This document shows positions 24,930 to 35,398 of a stretch of 57,465 nt of DNA, in pieces; position 1 is the stretch's first letter, and each line of letters starts with the position of its first letter. A model generated the notes under the pieces. It was given only the letters and a program-made list of their open reading frames with translations, was not told where the DNA came from and did not search any database. This DNA is from Chromera velia. Taxonomy: Eukaryota. The position numbers and the translations under genes were made by a program. Location of the stretch: assembly GCA_018398765.1 (NCBI GenBank), contig JAHBMJ010000067.1, positions 1 to 57,465 on the forward strand, read 5' to 3'.

Positions 24930-26242
24930 CACACGGATGTTCTTCTATGATTCTAATGCTTCTGCTCCGTTGTGCTCTGATTCGAATCAGCTCGGCAAGG
25001 CTAGAACAGAACAGAAACGTACCAAACCGAATTAACTCAGCAATACCTCCCGGAGGCACACTGCTGTAAATTGCAATTAATGCAGTGCTGGCTGGTTGGT
25101 TCTTTGCATGGTCGATCGAGTGCGTGCATGAGTGCAGGAGCCCAGGAGACAAATGCTGTGTGTCTATCGAGGACAAAGTATGCGTGCATTTATTTACATA
25201 CATTTATACATTCATTTATTTCTGCATGTATTGATAAATGAATAAATGCAGGAGCCCTGGAGACAAATGCTCTGTGGCCATCGAGGACAAAGTGTGCGTG
25301 CATTTATTTACATACATTTATACATTCATTTATTTCTGTATGTATTGATAAATGAATAAATGCAGGAGCCCTGGAGACAAATGCTCTGTGGCCATCGAGG
25401 ACAAAGTGTGCGTGCATTTATTTACATACATTTATACATTCATTTATTTCTGTATGTAAATAAATGAGTGCAGGAGCCCAGGGGACAAATGCTCTGTGGC
25501 CATCGAGGACAAAGTGTGCGAGGTGACGATGAATGCCGACAGCTCGTCGTTTGCCGTTGACTTCGACGGCGAGCGTCAGATGGAGGGGGCTGTAGGTGGT
25601 GAGGAGTTTTCGTTCGAGTGGCGGCGCTTCGACGTGACTGTGCGGATCGGCTCGGTGGTTGGTTGGACATCGACGAGGACGACGGACGTTAACGAAGAGT
25701 GGCCTGTGTGGGCCTGGTATGTGATTGCAGGGGGGGGGGCGCTGGTCGCAGCTGGGTTGGCTTTAGGCATTTATTTCTGGGTGAAGAGTTGCCAAAAGAA
25801 GAAAAGGACGGAAGAAAGATACAAGACTGAGGATCTTGAGAACGGCTGCAAGGGAGGAAGCGAGAAGGGGGGATCTCAAAGGAAGTTGATGGTGAACGAA
25901 AAGGGGGTGGAGCAGGCTCCGGTAGTTCCGATGCATGGCAGAGAAGAAGATGAGGAGCCCGTGGTTGAAGCAAATCCCTGGCAAGACCTTGATGACCTCC
26001 AGGATTTGGATGGAGCAGAAGAAGAGGCACAGCATGAGGAGGTGCAGGACAGCGCTTTTGAGAAAGAGCTGGACAGACTGGTTGAGGAGGTCGATCTGGC
26101 TTCCAGAGAGGAGGAGAAGGAGAAGCCACCAATGCTTCCCCACACGCCCGATCCCACACCGACCAAGCGTCACCCGAAGGCTGACACTGCCCCTTCCCTC
26201 CTCGACACCCTCCATGGGGAAGGAATCGACGTCCACGTGTGA
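21047..26242 (+). CDS. RCC1/BLIP-II-repeat type-I membrane protein (hydrophobic N-terminus, beta-propeller repeats, Ser/Gly linker, TM helix, acidic tail)
   Basis: Exons ~21047-21510, 21980-22281, 22688-~23364, 24057-24199, 24580-24752 and 25474-26242. RCC1-type repeats: GEIYSAGYQPNGAQGNG, GKFWGRGNGGSHQFGN, DGKLYTAG...GMLGDGT, CGGQNNFSQLGTGD. TM: WYVIAGGGALVAAGLALGIYFWV followed by KSCQKKKR. TGA at 26240-26242. Confidence 0.8.
23413..23724. repeat. 99-bp tandem array: 15-bp host segment x4 separated by 84-bp CATACAGAA-family filler x3 (intronic)
   Basis: TGCATGCGGTAGCTA at 23413, 23512, 23611 and 23710. The filler is built from TTCTGTATG(AAA) sub-repeats. Confidence 0.9.
25133..25520 (+). 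repeat. Four copies of a splice acceptor plus exon start (52 bp) separated by 56-62 bp AT-rich filler
   Basis: TGCAGGAGCCC..GACAAATGC..ATCGAGGACAAAGT(G/A)TGCG at 25133, 25247, 25361 and 25469. The filler starts TGCATTTATTTACATACA. Confidence 0.9.
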
Positions 26243-26361
26243 GGGAAAGCTCACAGTGGAGGGGGTGTATTTGGCCCATCATCTTAGGCACAAATATGAA
26301 GGGAGGAAATGAAAGAAGACCCCGTGAGTAAGGGCGAGGGGGGCTTTCAGGGTCTGAAGTT

Positions 26362-26668
26362 ATCCCATGAAATTAATTTGATGACCTGTTGGGTAGCAGA
26401 AGTCGATCCCATGAAATTAATTTGATGTCTTGTCGGGTAGCAGAAGCCAATCCCATGAAGTAAATTTGATGTCTTGTCGGGTAGCAGAAGCCAATCCCAT
26501 GAAGTAAATTTGATGTCTTGTCGGGAAGCAGAAGTCGATCCCATGAAATTAATTTGATGTCTTGTCGGGAAGCAGAAGTCGATCCCATGAAATTAATTTG
26601 ATGTCTTGTCGGGAAGCAGAAGTCGATCCCATGAAGTAAATTTGATGTCTTGTCGGGAAGCAGAAGTC
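26362..26668. repeat. 44-bp minisatellite, 7 copies
   Basis: Unit ATCCCATGAA(A/G)T(T/A)AATTTGATGTCTTGTCGGG(T/A)AGCAGAAG(TCG/CCA), with no unique spacers. Confidence 0.9.
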
Positions 26669-26849
26669 CCACGAAGTCTCCTGGGGTGAGAAAGGGGGGA
26701 GGCCATTTCTTTCTGAGGAAATTAACTGCTGAGGTGATCAAAATTTCAATGGTGAGACTTTTAATTCGGGAAAGAGGGTATGCTTTCTTTTAGGAGAGAA
26801 GCTATGCTTTCTTGTAGTCTAAGAAGAAGGACCCGAAGGCATGAAATCT

Positions 26850-27028
26850 TGCAACTGCAGTCTTCGGCAGTTACACTTTCTTACCCAAATGCATGGAAGC
26901 ATGCAACTGTAGTCTTTGGCATTAATATTTTCTTACCCAAATGCATGGAAGCATGCAACTGTAGTCTTTGGTATTAACGTTTTCTTACCCAAATGCATGG
27001 AAGCCTGCAACTGAAGTCTTTGGCAGTC
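26850..27028. repeat. ~52-bp minisatellite, ~3.5 copies
   Basis: Unit TGCAACTGTAGTCTTTGGCATTAATATTTTCTTACCCAAATGCATGGAAGCA. Confidence 0.85.
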
Positions 27029-27289
27029 ATGCACTGTGCCGGCCAGGGAAGGCATGCATGGACTTGGACTCCACCGAAGTGCACAGATGAGGGATCAATC
27101 TTATTTGTGGTGGCAGTTTCCTTGTGCTGTGAGCTGGACCTGACTACGTACTACCCGTGTGCGCTTGGTGGGATGCGCAAAACGCGCATGCTGAGTCACG
27201 CGTGTAAAGCGACAAAAACTTTTAAAGCAGATCAGTGAGCAAAGTCGACAACTTTGGTATCATGCAGTGATCGACCATGCAGCATCAAA

Positions 27290-27470
27290 GAGTGAAATCT
27301 TTTGACTTGAATGTTTGAAACCGGCTGCAAAACGTAGATACCTAGAAATTAAATCTGAAATTTATGTTAAAATAATTTGAATTAAAATTAATTAATATAT
27401 TATCAAATCATGTGTTTCAAATGTACTGTATTATGTTTGTGGCTAGGTTTGTTGATGCAAACAGGAAATA

Positions 27471-27511
<41 letters not shown>

Positions 27512-28170
27512 TATAGAGCCATAGACATTCGACTACTACAGTAAATAAGTTACTAGATAAGTTGCACTGTTGTGTAGACGGATAGAAAATTAAGAGTAAG
27601 ACGGACCTAGAGGCGGACATACTAGAAACGGATCTTAAATGCAGTTTCCTCGAGTTATAGAACAGGTGAAATTAAGATAACCAAACTACCTTAGGTGTTT
27701 CTGCCTAATGCTAAACACCTCAGGCTATTTATGGTCCAATGGTAATAAGATGTGATGATGATCAGATGATGATAATGATAGAATTTATGATAAATTTAAT
27801 GAAAATGTTTCATAAATCCATATAAAAATCACGCCTAGAAACATATTTTAACGGCCGGTAATAGCTAGGGGGCCCGCAATGTAACTAGATTTATTATTTA
27901 ATTTTATCTGATTTAACGTCGTCGACGACTCATCGTTACATCACATTATATCTGTATAAATGATAACATCATGATATCTAGCATGATATGGTGATTATAA
28001 AAAGGCTAACCCCGACGCCGTTTAAGCGCCGACAAGCGGCCGTTGTGTAAGACACCTTCCAAGCAAACTGTGGGTAAGGAAGCTTAGGGTCCACCAAAAC
28101 GTCCATATAAGGGCAGCCAAGTCTAGAGCCAAGTACGGGGCACATGCAAAAGTTAATAGACTCCTAGCTG
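27290..28170. mobile_element. AT-rich, CTAG/TpA-rich decayed repeat or transposon relic
   Basis: Abrupt compositional shift with many CTAG, a weak inverted repeat (~27740-27810 vs ~27880-27950) and no ORF. Confidence 0.35.
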
Positions 28171-28309
28171 CTATGTGGCAGATGATACCAATGCAAGTGC
28201 ATTTAGAAGTGCATGCATTTTACATAATGATCGAACAACACACGGCCCAAGTCAGAATGAAAACATTGAGTCGGATCACTCTTGTCACCTTTGTATGACC
28301 TGTCCGCCC

Positions 28310-28417
28310 TTATCTATGCCCCTGCCTGGCAAGCTGTAAAGCTGACTGCGTTTACTTTCATACAGAAAAAAAAAAAAATTATCTATGCCCCTGCCTGGCA
28401 AGCTGTAAAGCTGACTG
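28310..28417. repeat. 39-bp direct duplication of a CDS 3' end flanking a 30-bp filler
   Basis: TTATCTATGCCCCTGCCTGGCAAGCTGTAAAGCTGACTG at 28310-28348 and 28379-28417, with CGTTTACTTTCATACAG(A)n between them. Confidence 0.9.
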
Positions 28418-29288
28418 TCTGGGCCGTCCCCCCAGAGTCCTATCCAGAAAGGAGCTCGACGACCCGCCGTGCGTCTTTTTCCCCTTCAACTCTCCCTTGC
28501 CTTCGCCCGCTGAACTCCCTCTGGTGTCGCGGAGAGACTGAAAGACGACCTGTTGCCTGCAGACAATCAAACAAAGAAACAAACAAACAAGCAAACAACG
28601 AGAAGAGAGGGCTGATAGAACATGAAGAGGAATGAAAAGAAACCTGCTATTGATGTATGCAGGTAACTCTTGTACCACACAGGCTCCTTCACAGTGTAAA
28701 TATGTGCGCCTCATCGACCTAAACAGTTGTAGGTGCATGCACGCACGCACGCACGCACGCACGCAGTGAATCTGCCCCCCTCTTCCGTTCCTTCCACGCC
28801 CGTGCATGGCGCTGCTCTTTCTGCTTGTTCATCATGCGATGTATCGAATCTGCGTGGTTCACATATTGGCATGCAGCATCGGAAGGCATCCGATTTTTTT
28901 TTTTACACTTGATTCTTCTGATTCTCTCCTGCTTGCAATCTCTCCCTCTCTCTCCCTCTCCCATGTTCACTTTCTCACTGACAGCCAGCCAACATCTCAC
29001 TCACATCACCGGCCACCTGGTGCAACTGAACAAAGTGTCCTCCTACTCTTTCCTTTCACCCTCCCCCCCATCTCTGAGCCCCCAGCCCTCACCGAGGCAC
29101 CGATCGATCCCTCCCTCCCTCCCCCCCCCTGACTTTTTGGATGTCTGGACACGATCTTTGTAAGCTTTGAGAACGTCTTTCTGCTTTGAGACCCTCTCTT
29201 CGAGTGTCCGCATGATCTGCCGGTTCTTTGGATCTGCACACACCCACACACACACACACACACACACACATGCACCGACACACACATG

Positions 29289-29319
<31 letters not shown>

Positions 29320-29415
29320 ATACACACACATACACACACACACACACATACATACATAGACACAGACATACACACACACACACATACACACACANNNNNN
29401 NNNNNNNNNNNNNAC

Positions 29416-29447
<32 letters not shown>

Positions 29448-30467
29448 AGAGAGAGAGAGAGAGAGAGAGAGAGGCAAAGAAAGAGACAGAGACAGAGACA
29501 GAAATAGAGAAACGACAGAAAGAGAGCGGACATACCACGCAAATGTGGATGCGGCTAGACCCGAAGTGAATTGCGAAGCAGCGGCAACCAGACGATCAAA
29601 CGAACAAACGAACGAACGAACGAACAATGAAACAAACAGTCAAAAGTGGGACGAGTACCTCACTTGCGTACACACACGAATGCGCTCACCAGCACACGTG
29701 CATATACGAAGCAGCGCAGATGGGTGCATGGGCAAAATGCGCAGTCTTCCTCACTCCCTTTCCTTGCAGTGAAGGGCTCAAGGGAACAGATCATTGGGAC
29801 AGCACGCAAGGGGCAGGNNNNNNNNNNNNNNNGGGGGGGGGGGGGGGGGGGGTTGCACCGAACGAAGAACGATAGAGAGGTGGATTTAAAAACAGGCATG
29901 CTTTCACACCCAGACCAGCTATTTCTACCGACAGGTTCGTTTCATGCGGTCCCTTTTTTGCATGTGCATTCAGACATACACGCTGCATAGAATGGAGGAA
30001 GTGGATAGTCTTGAGTGAAAAAAACTCTTGGACGGAACTCAGGAGAGGAGCGCGCCTGAGAGCCAGAAAGCAAAAGGCGAGACCAATCTCGAAAGAAAAA
30101 AAATGCTTGCACCCACGGCATCGCTTGCCTCACCGTGCCAGAGGCGTTCGTGCGTTACGTCTCCGACTCGGACTTGCGGGTCTCCTTCACCTTCTCCTGG
30201 TTTCTCGGTGTCCTTCTTTGCACTCTTTTTCTGTGCGCTGCTCTCCTTCCCCTCTGGGAGTGTATCAATGGGGCGGTTCTGGAAGAATTGAAGGCCTACC
30301 GGCTGGATCTTTGGGATTGTGGGTGCATCCTTAGCTTGCTGAGCTTTCGGAAGTTTCTGCTTTGGCTTCTTTACCGCTTTCGTCTTCGCTTTCTCACCGC
30401 CGTTCTTCTTCGCCTCCTGTCCCTTCCCCATGCCCTTCTGCACCTCTGTTCCGGCTCTCTTCGGCAT
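28379..30467 (-). CDS. Small Lys-rich basic hypothetical protein, 3 coding exons
   Basis: MPKRAGTEVQKGMGKG...THERLWH|DPKNRQIMRTLEERVSKQKDVLKAYKDRVQTSKK|QQVVFQSLRD...QSALQLARQGHR* with phase-consistent GT-AG introns. TAA at 28381-28379. Confidence 0.65.
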
Positions 30468-30754
30468 TCTGCTCTGCAGCAGTCAGAGACAACACACAGC
30501 GGTTCAGTCTAGGGTCAGTGGAGCACAATCCCGTCAGCCAACCGAGAGTGTATCTATGCCCAGCGCGTCGGTCTGTCTCCGGAGCAGCGGAAATCTGTTC
30601 CAGGAAGTAGTTTTTCCAGCAAATAAAGGGGGGGAAGAGAGTTCGACGCCGACAGTGACAGGACGTTCACGCCTCTGGCTACAAGATCGAGAACACCAGT
30701 GTCATTTAGTCCGTCTACATCAAAATTAAGGTCAGACGAATTTCGTAACGGCTC

Positions 30755-30880
30755 GATCGCGGGTATGTAAAAAAGATCTGACGCACGCGAGGCCCGTCCA
30801 CGAAATCGCGGCTGTCGTGCGTGCATATAGGCATCCGCCGCCCATGCAGGCCTGCCGGGTCCTGCGCCTGTGCATGTACG
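30755..30880. promoter_or_regulatory. GC-rich island upstream of the Lys-rich gene
   Basis: CpG-rich segment with gcatgc-like motifs, resembling 3515-3615 and 20570-20725. Confidence 0.35.
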
Positions 30881-30911
30881 TAGGCTGTAACGTAGCTCCT
30901 GCAGTCCAGAG

Positions 30912-31438
30912 TACCCCCCTATCACTATCGACTGAAACTTCTTAGGAGATTCAAGTTCAGCCTAAGTTCTACGTTTTTCACCTATAAAGTTTAAGTCTAT
31001 TCCGAAGTTCTGCGCTATGTCAATCTTTACTAGTGTTCAATACCACAGTGTAACCACACATTGTCTTACATGAAATTTGACAGTCAGTCTTTCTCCTGCG
31101 CGGAGCTTCCACGTGCTGTCTTGATGCAGTGACGTACTGGTCAAACGCAACTGTCCTTTTTACTTTGGTAACGGCCAAAGATCCCTCTGTCCACCTCTGT
31201 CGTCATCAGCTTTTGTACTTTCAACTCTCTCTTAGTTTCTTCTTCTGTGAGCTAGGCTATCTAAACCTCCTTCTTCAAACACTCGCTTTCTCTTTGTACT
31301 AACTTCTGTCCTACACCCCTCCGAAGTTTTGCACCCTTTATCTCAAAGCACACTCCGAACTTCTGCAACAAATTAAGTTTAAGACTATTCCGAACTTCTG
31401 CAGTCTCAGTTCAAGGAGTCAATAGTGACAGGGGGGTA
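30912..31438. mobile_element. Non-autonomous DNA transposon (MITE), 527 bp, 22-bp TIRs, 8-bp TSD
   Basis: Left TIR TACCCCCCTATCACTATCGACT (30912-30933); right TIR reverse complement TACCCCCCTGTCACTATTGACT (31417-31438). TSD GTCCAGAG at 30904-30911 and 31439-31446. Subterminal CCGAA(G/C)TT(C/T)TGC repeats. Confidence 0.9.
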
Positions 31439-32563
31439 GTCCAGAGTCCAGAAAGCCATATCAATCAATGTAGGTTTCAGCTGGCGGAAGGCCTAGTGCG
31501 GAACCAATCACTTAATCAATCAGGCAGCGATTCAAGCTGCAGATACAAATAAAAAGAAAGTAAGACTCTAAGAGAAAACCCAGAAAAGAGTAAAAAAAAA
31601 CCATGAAAGAAATTTTCTTCTCCTAATACTATATAGTACTACTAAAGTACGGCTAAGACTATTCCCACAGTATACCGTTATGTATCGTAATGCAAACATA
31701 AAAGGAGATGGACAGAGTAGAACAGAGATAGAAACCAAGAATAAGCTTTTAAAAAAATTAAAAAAACGTGAGATTGAATCAAACTAAACGAAATTGAACA
31801 TGCACTAAACTTTTATGTTTTTTTCCATTAAAGTTATGATCATAAAATGAACCTATGTTTACATCAAGTAGCATGAAGAGATAAACAGGATGTCGCTCTA
31901 GTAATTAAACTGCCCCTCTTGCGCTTCGCTTTACTTCGCTTTTCCATCCTGATCCCCCCTCACTCCCCCGCATCTGAAACGTCTGAATTGCATTTTTGTA
32001 TCCTTCCGACATCTCATTCTGGCGCCACAAGACATGAACCAGAAAGAGAGAGAAAATGAAAAGGCGAAGCAAAAGAATCGACAGAGGGTGACTGATGGGC
32101 AAGAAAAGTCGGGGAGAGGAGATAAACAATCAATCAGGCGAATGAGCTTCGGTCAAACAATTCCTCAACCAACCACGTCCTTCCTGATGTCAATTACTGG
32201 CGTCGAGCAGTGATTCAACCAACTCGAATAGTGCAGAGAAAAAGACGGCCGGACGTACACTGACAGCTGTAGGACCAGTGTAAATAAGTAGACAGACAGG
32301 CTTTCCTCCCCGCCGTAGCCCTCAAAGACACTCACCCAATTCAATTGACGCACGCACACCGACAAGCCCACCCACCCATCCCGACGAACCCGTTCCCGTG
32401 AAGTGTCGGTGTGCCTTGAACACATACATACATACAGACAAACAGGTGACTGCTTTCTTCGTTCCGTCTGCCCACTTGGCGTTAGTCTCTCTCTATCTCT
32501 CTTTCCGCCCGTTTCAAGTTTCCTCGACGCCTCGCTCAATCACTCAATCACTCAATGAATCCG

Positions 32564-33364
32564 TCAGACCCCGTGTCTGCTCTGTAGAAAGAGTCTTCCC
32601 TTGGGCGCAGTGCGTCTTCTCTGCTCCTGTACGTACACCTCCGCATTGTGCGCGAGGGAAAGAAGTTTCTCGTAAGTCCTGCACGCAGACATGCGATATA
32701 AAACAACTACTCACATGTAGAGAGAGAGGGACAGAGGGGAAAAGAGAGCAACAAGAAGGGGGGGGGAAACGTAGCAGGAAGGAAGAAGCTTCTCCCTCGT
32801 GGATTCTTTGTGCAAACAAGCAGACAGATACATATTAATAAATTTCCCCTCTTCTTCACATACAGACGCAGCAGTGAAGTTTCAGGACAGGACGCACATG
32901 CCGTCAAGCATTAACGGAACGTTCGTGCCATCTGTTCCGTTCCCGACGCGAATCAATCAATCGAGACAGAATTTCTTCCTCCAGCAAGCGACAGCAATGG
33001 AACGGAGGGAGAAAGGAAGACGGAGGGCAGGGGAGGGGAGGGGACACGTACAGATACAATCTGTTAGTGAGGTCAGCTACAAGGAAACCAGAAGCGAGAG
33101 ACCGAACGGAACAAGAGAGAAGAAACCAGAGTTAGAGAGAGAGAGAAACACTGACGTACATGAACATGATCGCTGAAGTGAGGACTGTGCTGAGGAGTTT
33201 GGAGGTCATGCCTCTGAACAGTCCGGCTGGACCTTCCTGTTCGACTATCTTCACCAGACAGTCGAGAACACCTGCAAGCAAGCAAGCAACCTTGCAAGAT
33301 TCATCTTCTTTCGTGCGCTCAACACGCAAGGGCAGTCATTCATTCATTTGGCGCGCGCGCGCAA

Positions 33365-33410
<46 letters not shown>

Positions 33411-35366
33411 AGTATGTATGGAGAGAGGGGGGGGGAGAGAGCCGTGTATCTGCATCATAGAGAGATTAGCTGGGAGAGTGGAGACACTCCGGGGGGGGGG
33501 CACGTCACAAAGGCAGACATTCAGGCCGGCCAGCACACGTGCAGACAGAGTGTAGATAGGGGCGTTGACTCTTTCTTTCTCTGTACGGACAGGCAGGCAG
33601 GCGGACCTGTGTCCCCGGGTCCCGCGTCCTTCTTCCTTTTCATCTGCAGGCGGGACTTGACGACTTGGTAGGGGTACGTGGCGACTGTGGAAATCAACTT
33701 CGAGAAAGCACCTGCAGGCAGGCAGGCAGGGAGGGATGAAGCAGACCAGCAGGGAGGCATGCGTGAGGGAGGAAGAGGAAGAAGGATGAGGGAGAGGGAG
33801 AGGAGGGGGCACTCGTACCTGACTGACTGAATGACTGACTGACTGACTGAGGAAAGCGTAGACAGACAGACAGACAGACAGACACGAAGGATGGATGGAT
33901 GATTGATTTTGTTGATTTTCTTTCAATGGATGCTTTCTGTCTGTCTGTCTGTCTGTCTGTCTGTCAACATGGATTCATTCTGTCAAGGAAGAGAACAGAA
34001 GGAACAAAAGAGTTCTTCATCGCATCCATCCAGCAGGCAGGCAGGCAGGCAGGCAGGCAGCTAGGCCTTTCTCTTCTCACTCACCCTCTCACTCACTCAC
34101 TCACTCACTCACTCAGTCGAAAAAACGGAAAAGCGGGGGGAAGGAAGGAAAGACAGAAGGGAGGAGAGAGAAAGAGAGAAGAAATGGCATCGGAAAAGAA
34201 AGAAAAGAAGACGCCGTGGAAGTGGGATTGAAAATGAACGAATACACACACACACACACACACACAGAGCGCGCGCACGCTATCTCTCTGGAACGGAAAG
34301 CAAGCTTGCCTGCGAGGAAGACAGAGAGGGATGAGAGTTCCTGTGATGGTGCTTGTTGCTGTTCGTTGTTATTCAATGAAGAGGGAAACATCAATCGGAT
34401 GTTGCTCGGCATTGAACCTCTCCGTTTGTTCTGCACACAAATTGAATCAGCATGCAGCAGCAAAGGAGTTTTTGATTGCGGGCTCGCGTATTCTGGCACA
34501 CAGGCTGGCAAACAAGCACATAAGAAAAGAGAGACAGAGACAGAGGGGTATGTCTTCGCCCTGGCGGGTAGAGAGACATACTTTCTCTTTTGCATTCATT
34601 CTCTTTCTCTTTCCTTTCATCTCGTGTGGGACAAACTTCTCCTCTCAGTTGCCTACAACTCCTTCCGCTTCCCCTCCTCAATTTATTGCATTTCTATGCG
34701 GAGGAAAGAATTTAGAGCCACCTCTTCGAGCAGATGTTTTTTAGCAAGAAATAATATTTTTTAAACGTACAAGAATGGATTCATTTCTTGATTGGATTGC
34801 TGATTGATTGGATTGTTCCTTGCAAGCACTTCAGCTTATTTCCTTTTCAGCCAGGTCTCTCTCTCTCTCTTTCTCTCTCTTTCCACTGCCTATCGTTTGA
34901 ATCCTGCCTTGCCTGTATGGGAATGCGTTGTTTGAAGAACTCAAAACTGACTGCCATATAAGTCCGAAGAATCGATTTCAGCTTCTCGTAGACCGCAAAC
35001 TGAATGGTCGGGTTTGAGACCAGGATCAACGAGGGCAGAACCCCTGCAGGCACACATTGAATGCTCCCCCATGCAATCGATTGATCGATTGATTGATCGA
35101 TCGGTCAGGGAGGACACAGACAGATTATCATGACGGAAAGCTATTGATGCAACCTGTCGCCGCTGCATGGACACCCTCCCTCCCTCGGTCACTGAAAGAA
35201 AAGCAAGACTGTGTTGTTTTTCCCTTTTCTTCTATTCCTCCCACTTTCCGAAAACGGGCGCACGCGCACGCACGCACGCACATACACACACACACACACA
35301 CAGAGAGAGAGAGAAAGGGGNAAAGGGGGGGGGGGGCAGAGAAAGAGAGTGCATATTCTTCTGATA

Positions 35367-35398
<32 letters not shown>

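Noticed and set aside
26362..26668. CRISPR-like appearance of the regular arrays (also 23413-23724, 25133-25520, 48208-48448)
   Set aside because: The units are contiguous or have near-identical intervening sequence rather than unique spacers. There are no cas genes and the context is eukaryotic.
28349..28378. Filler motif as a spliced-leader or U6 snRNA relic
   Set aside because: It does not match the dinoflagellate/Perkinsus SL (DCCGTAGCCATTTTGGCTCAAG), and similarity to U6 is limited to ATACAGA.
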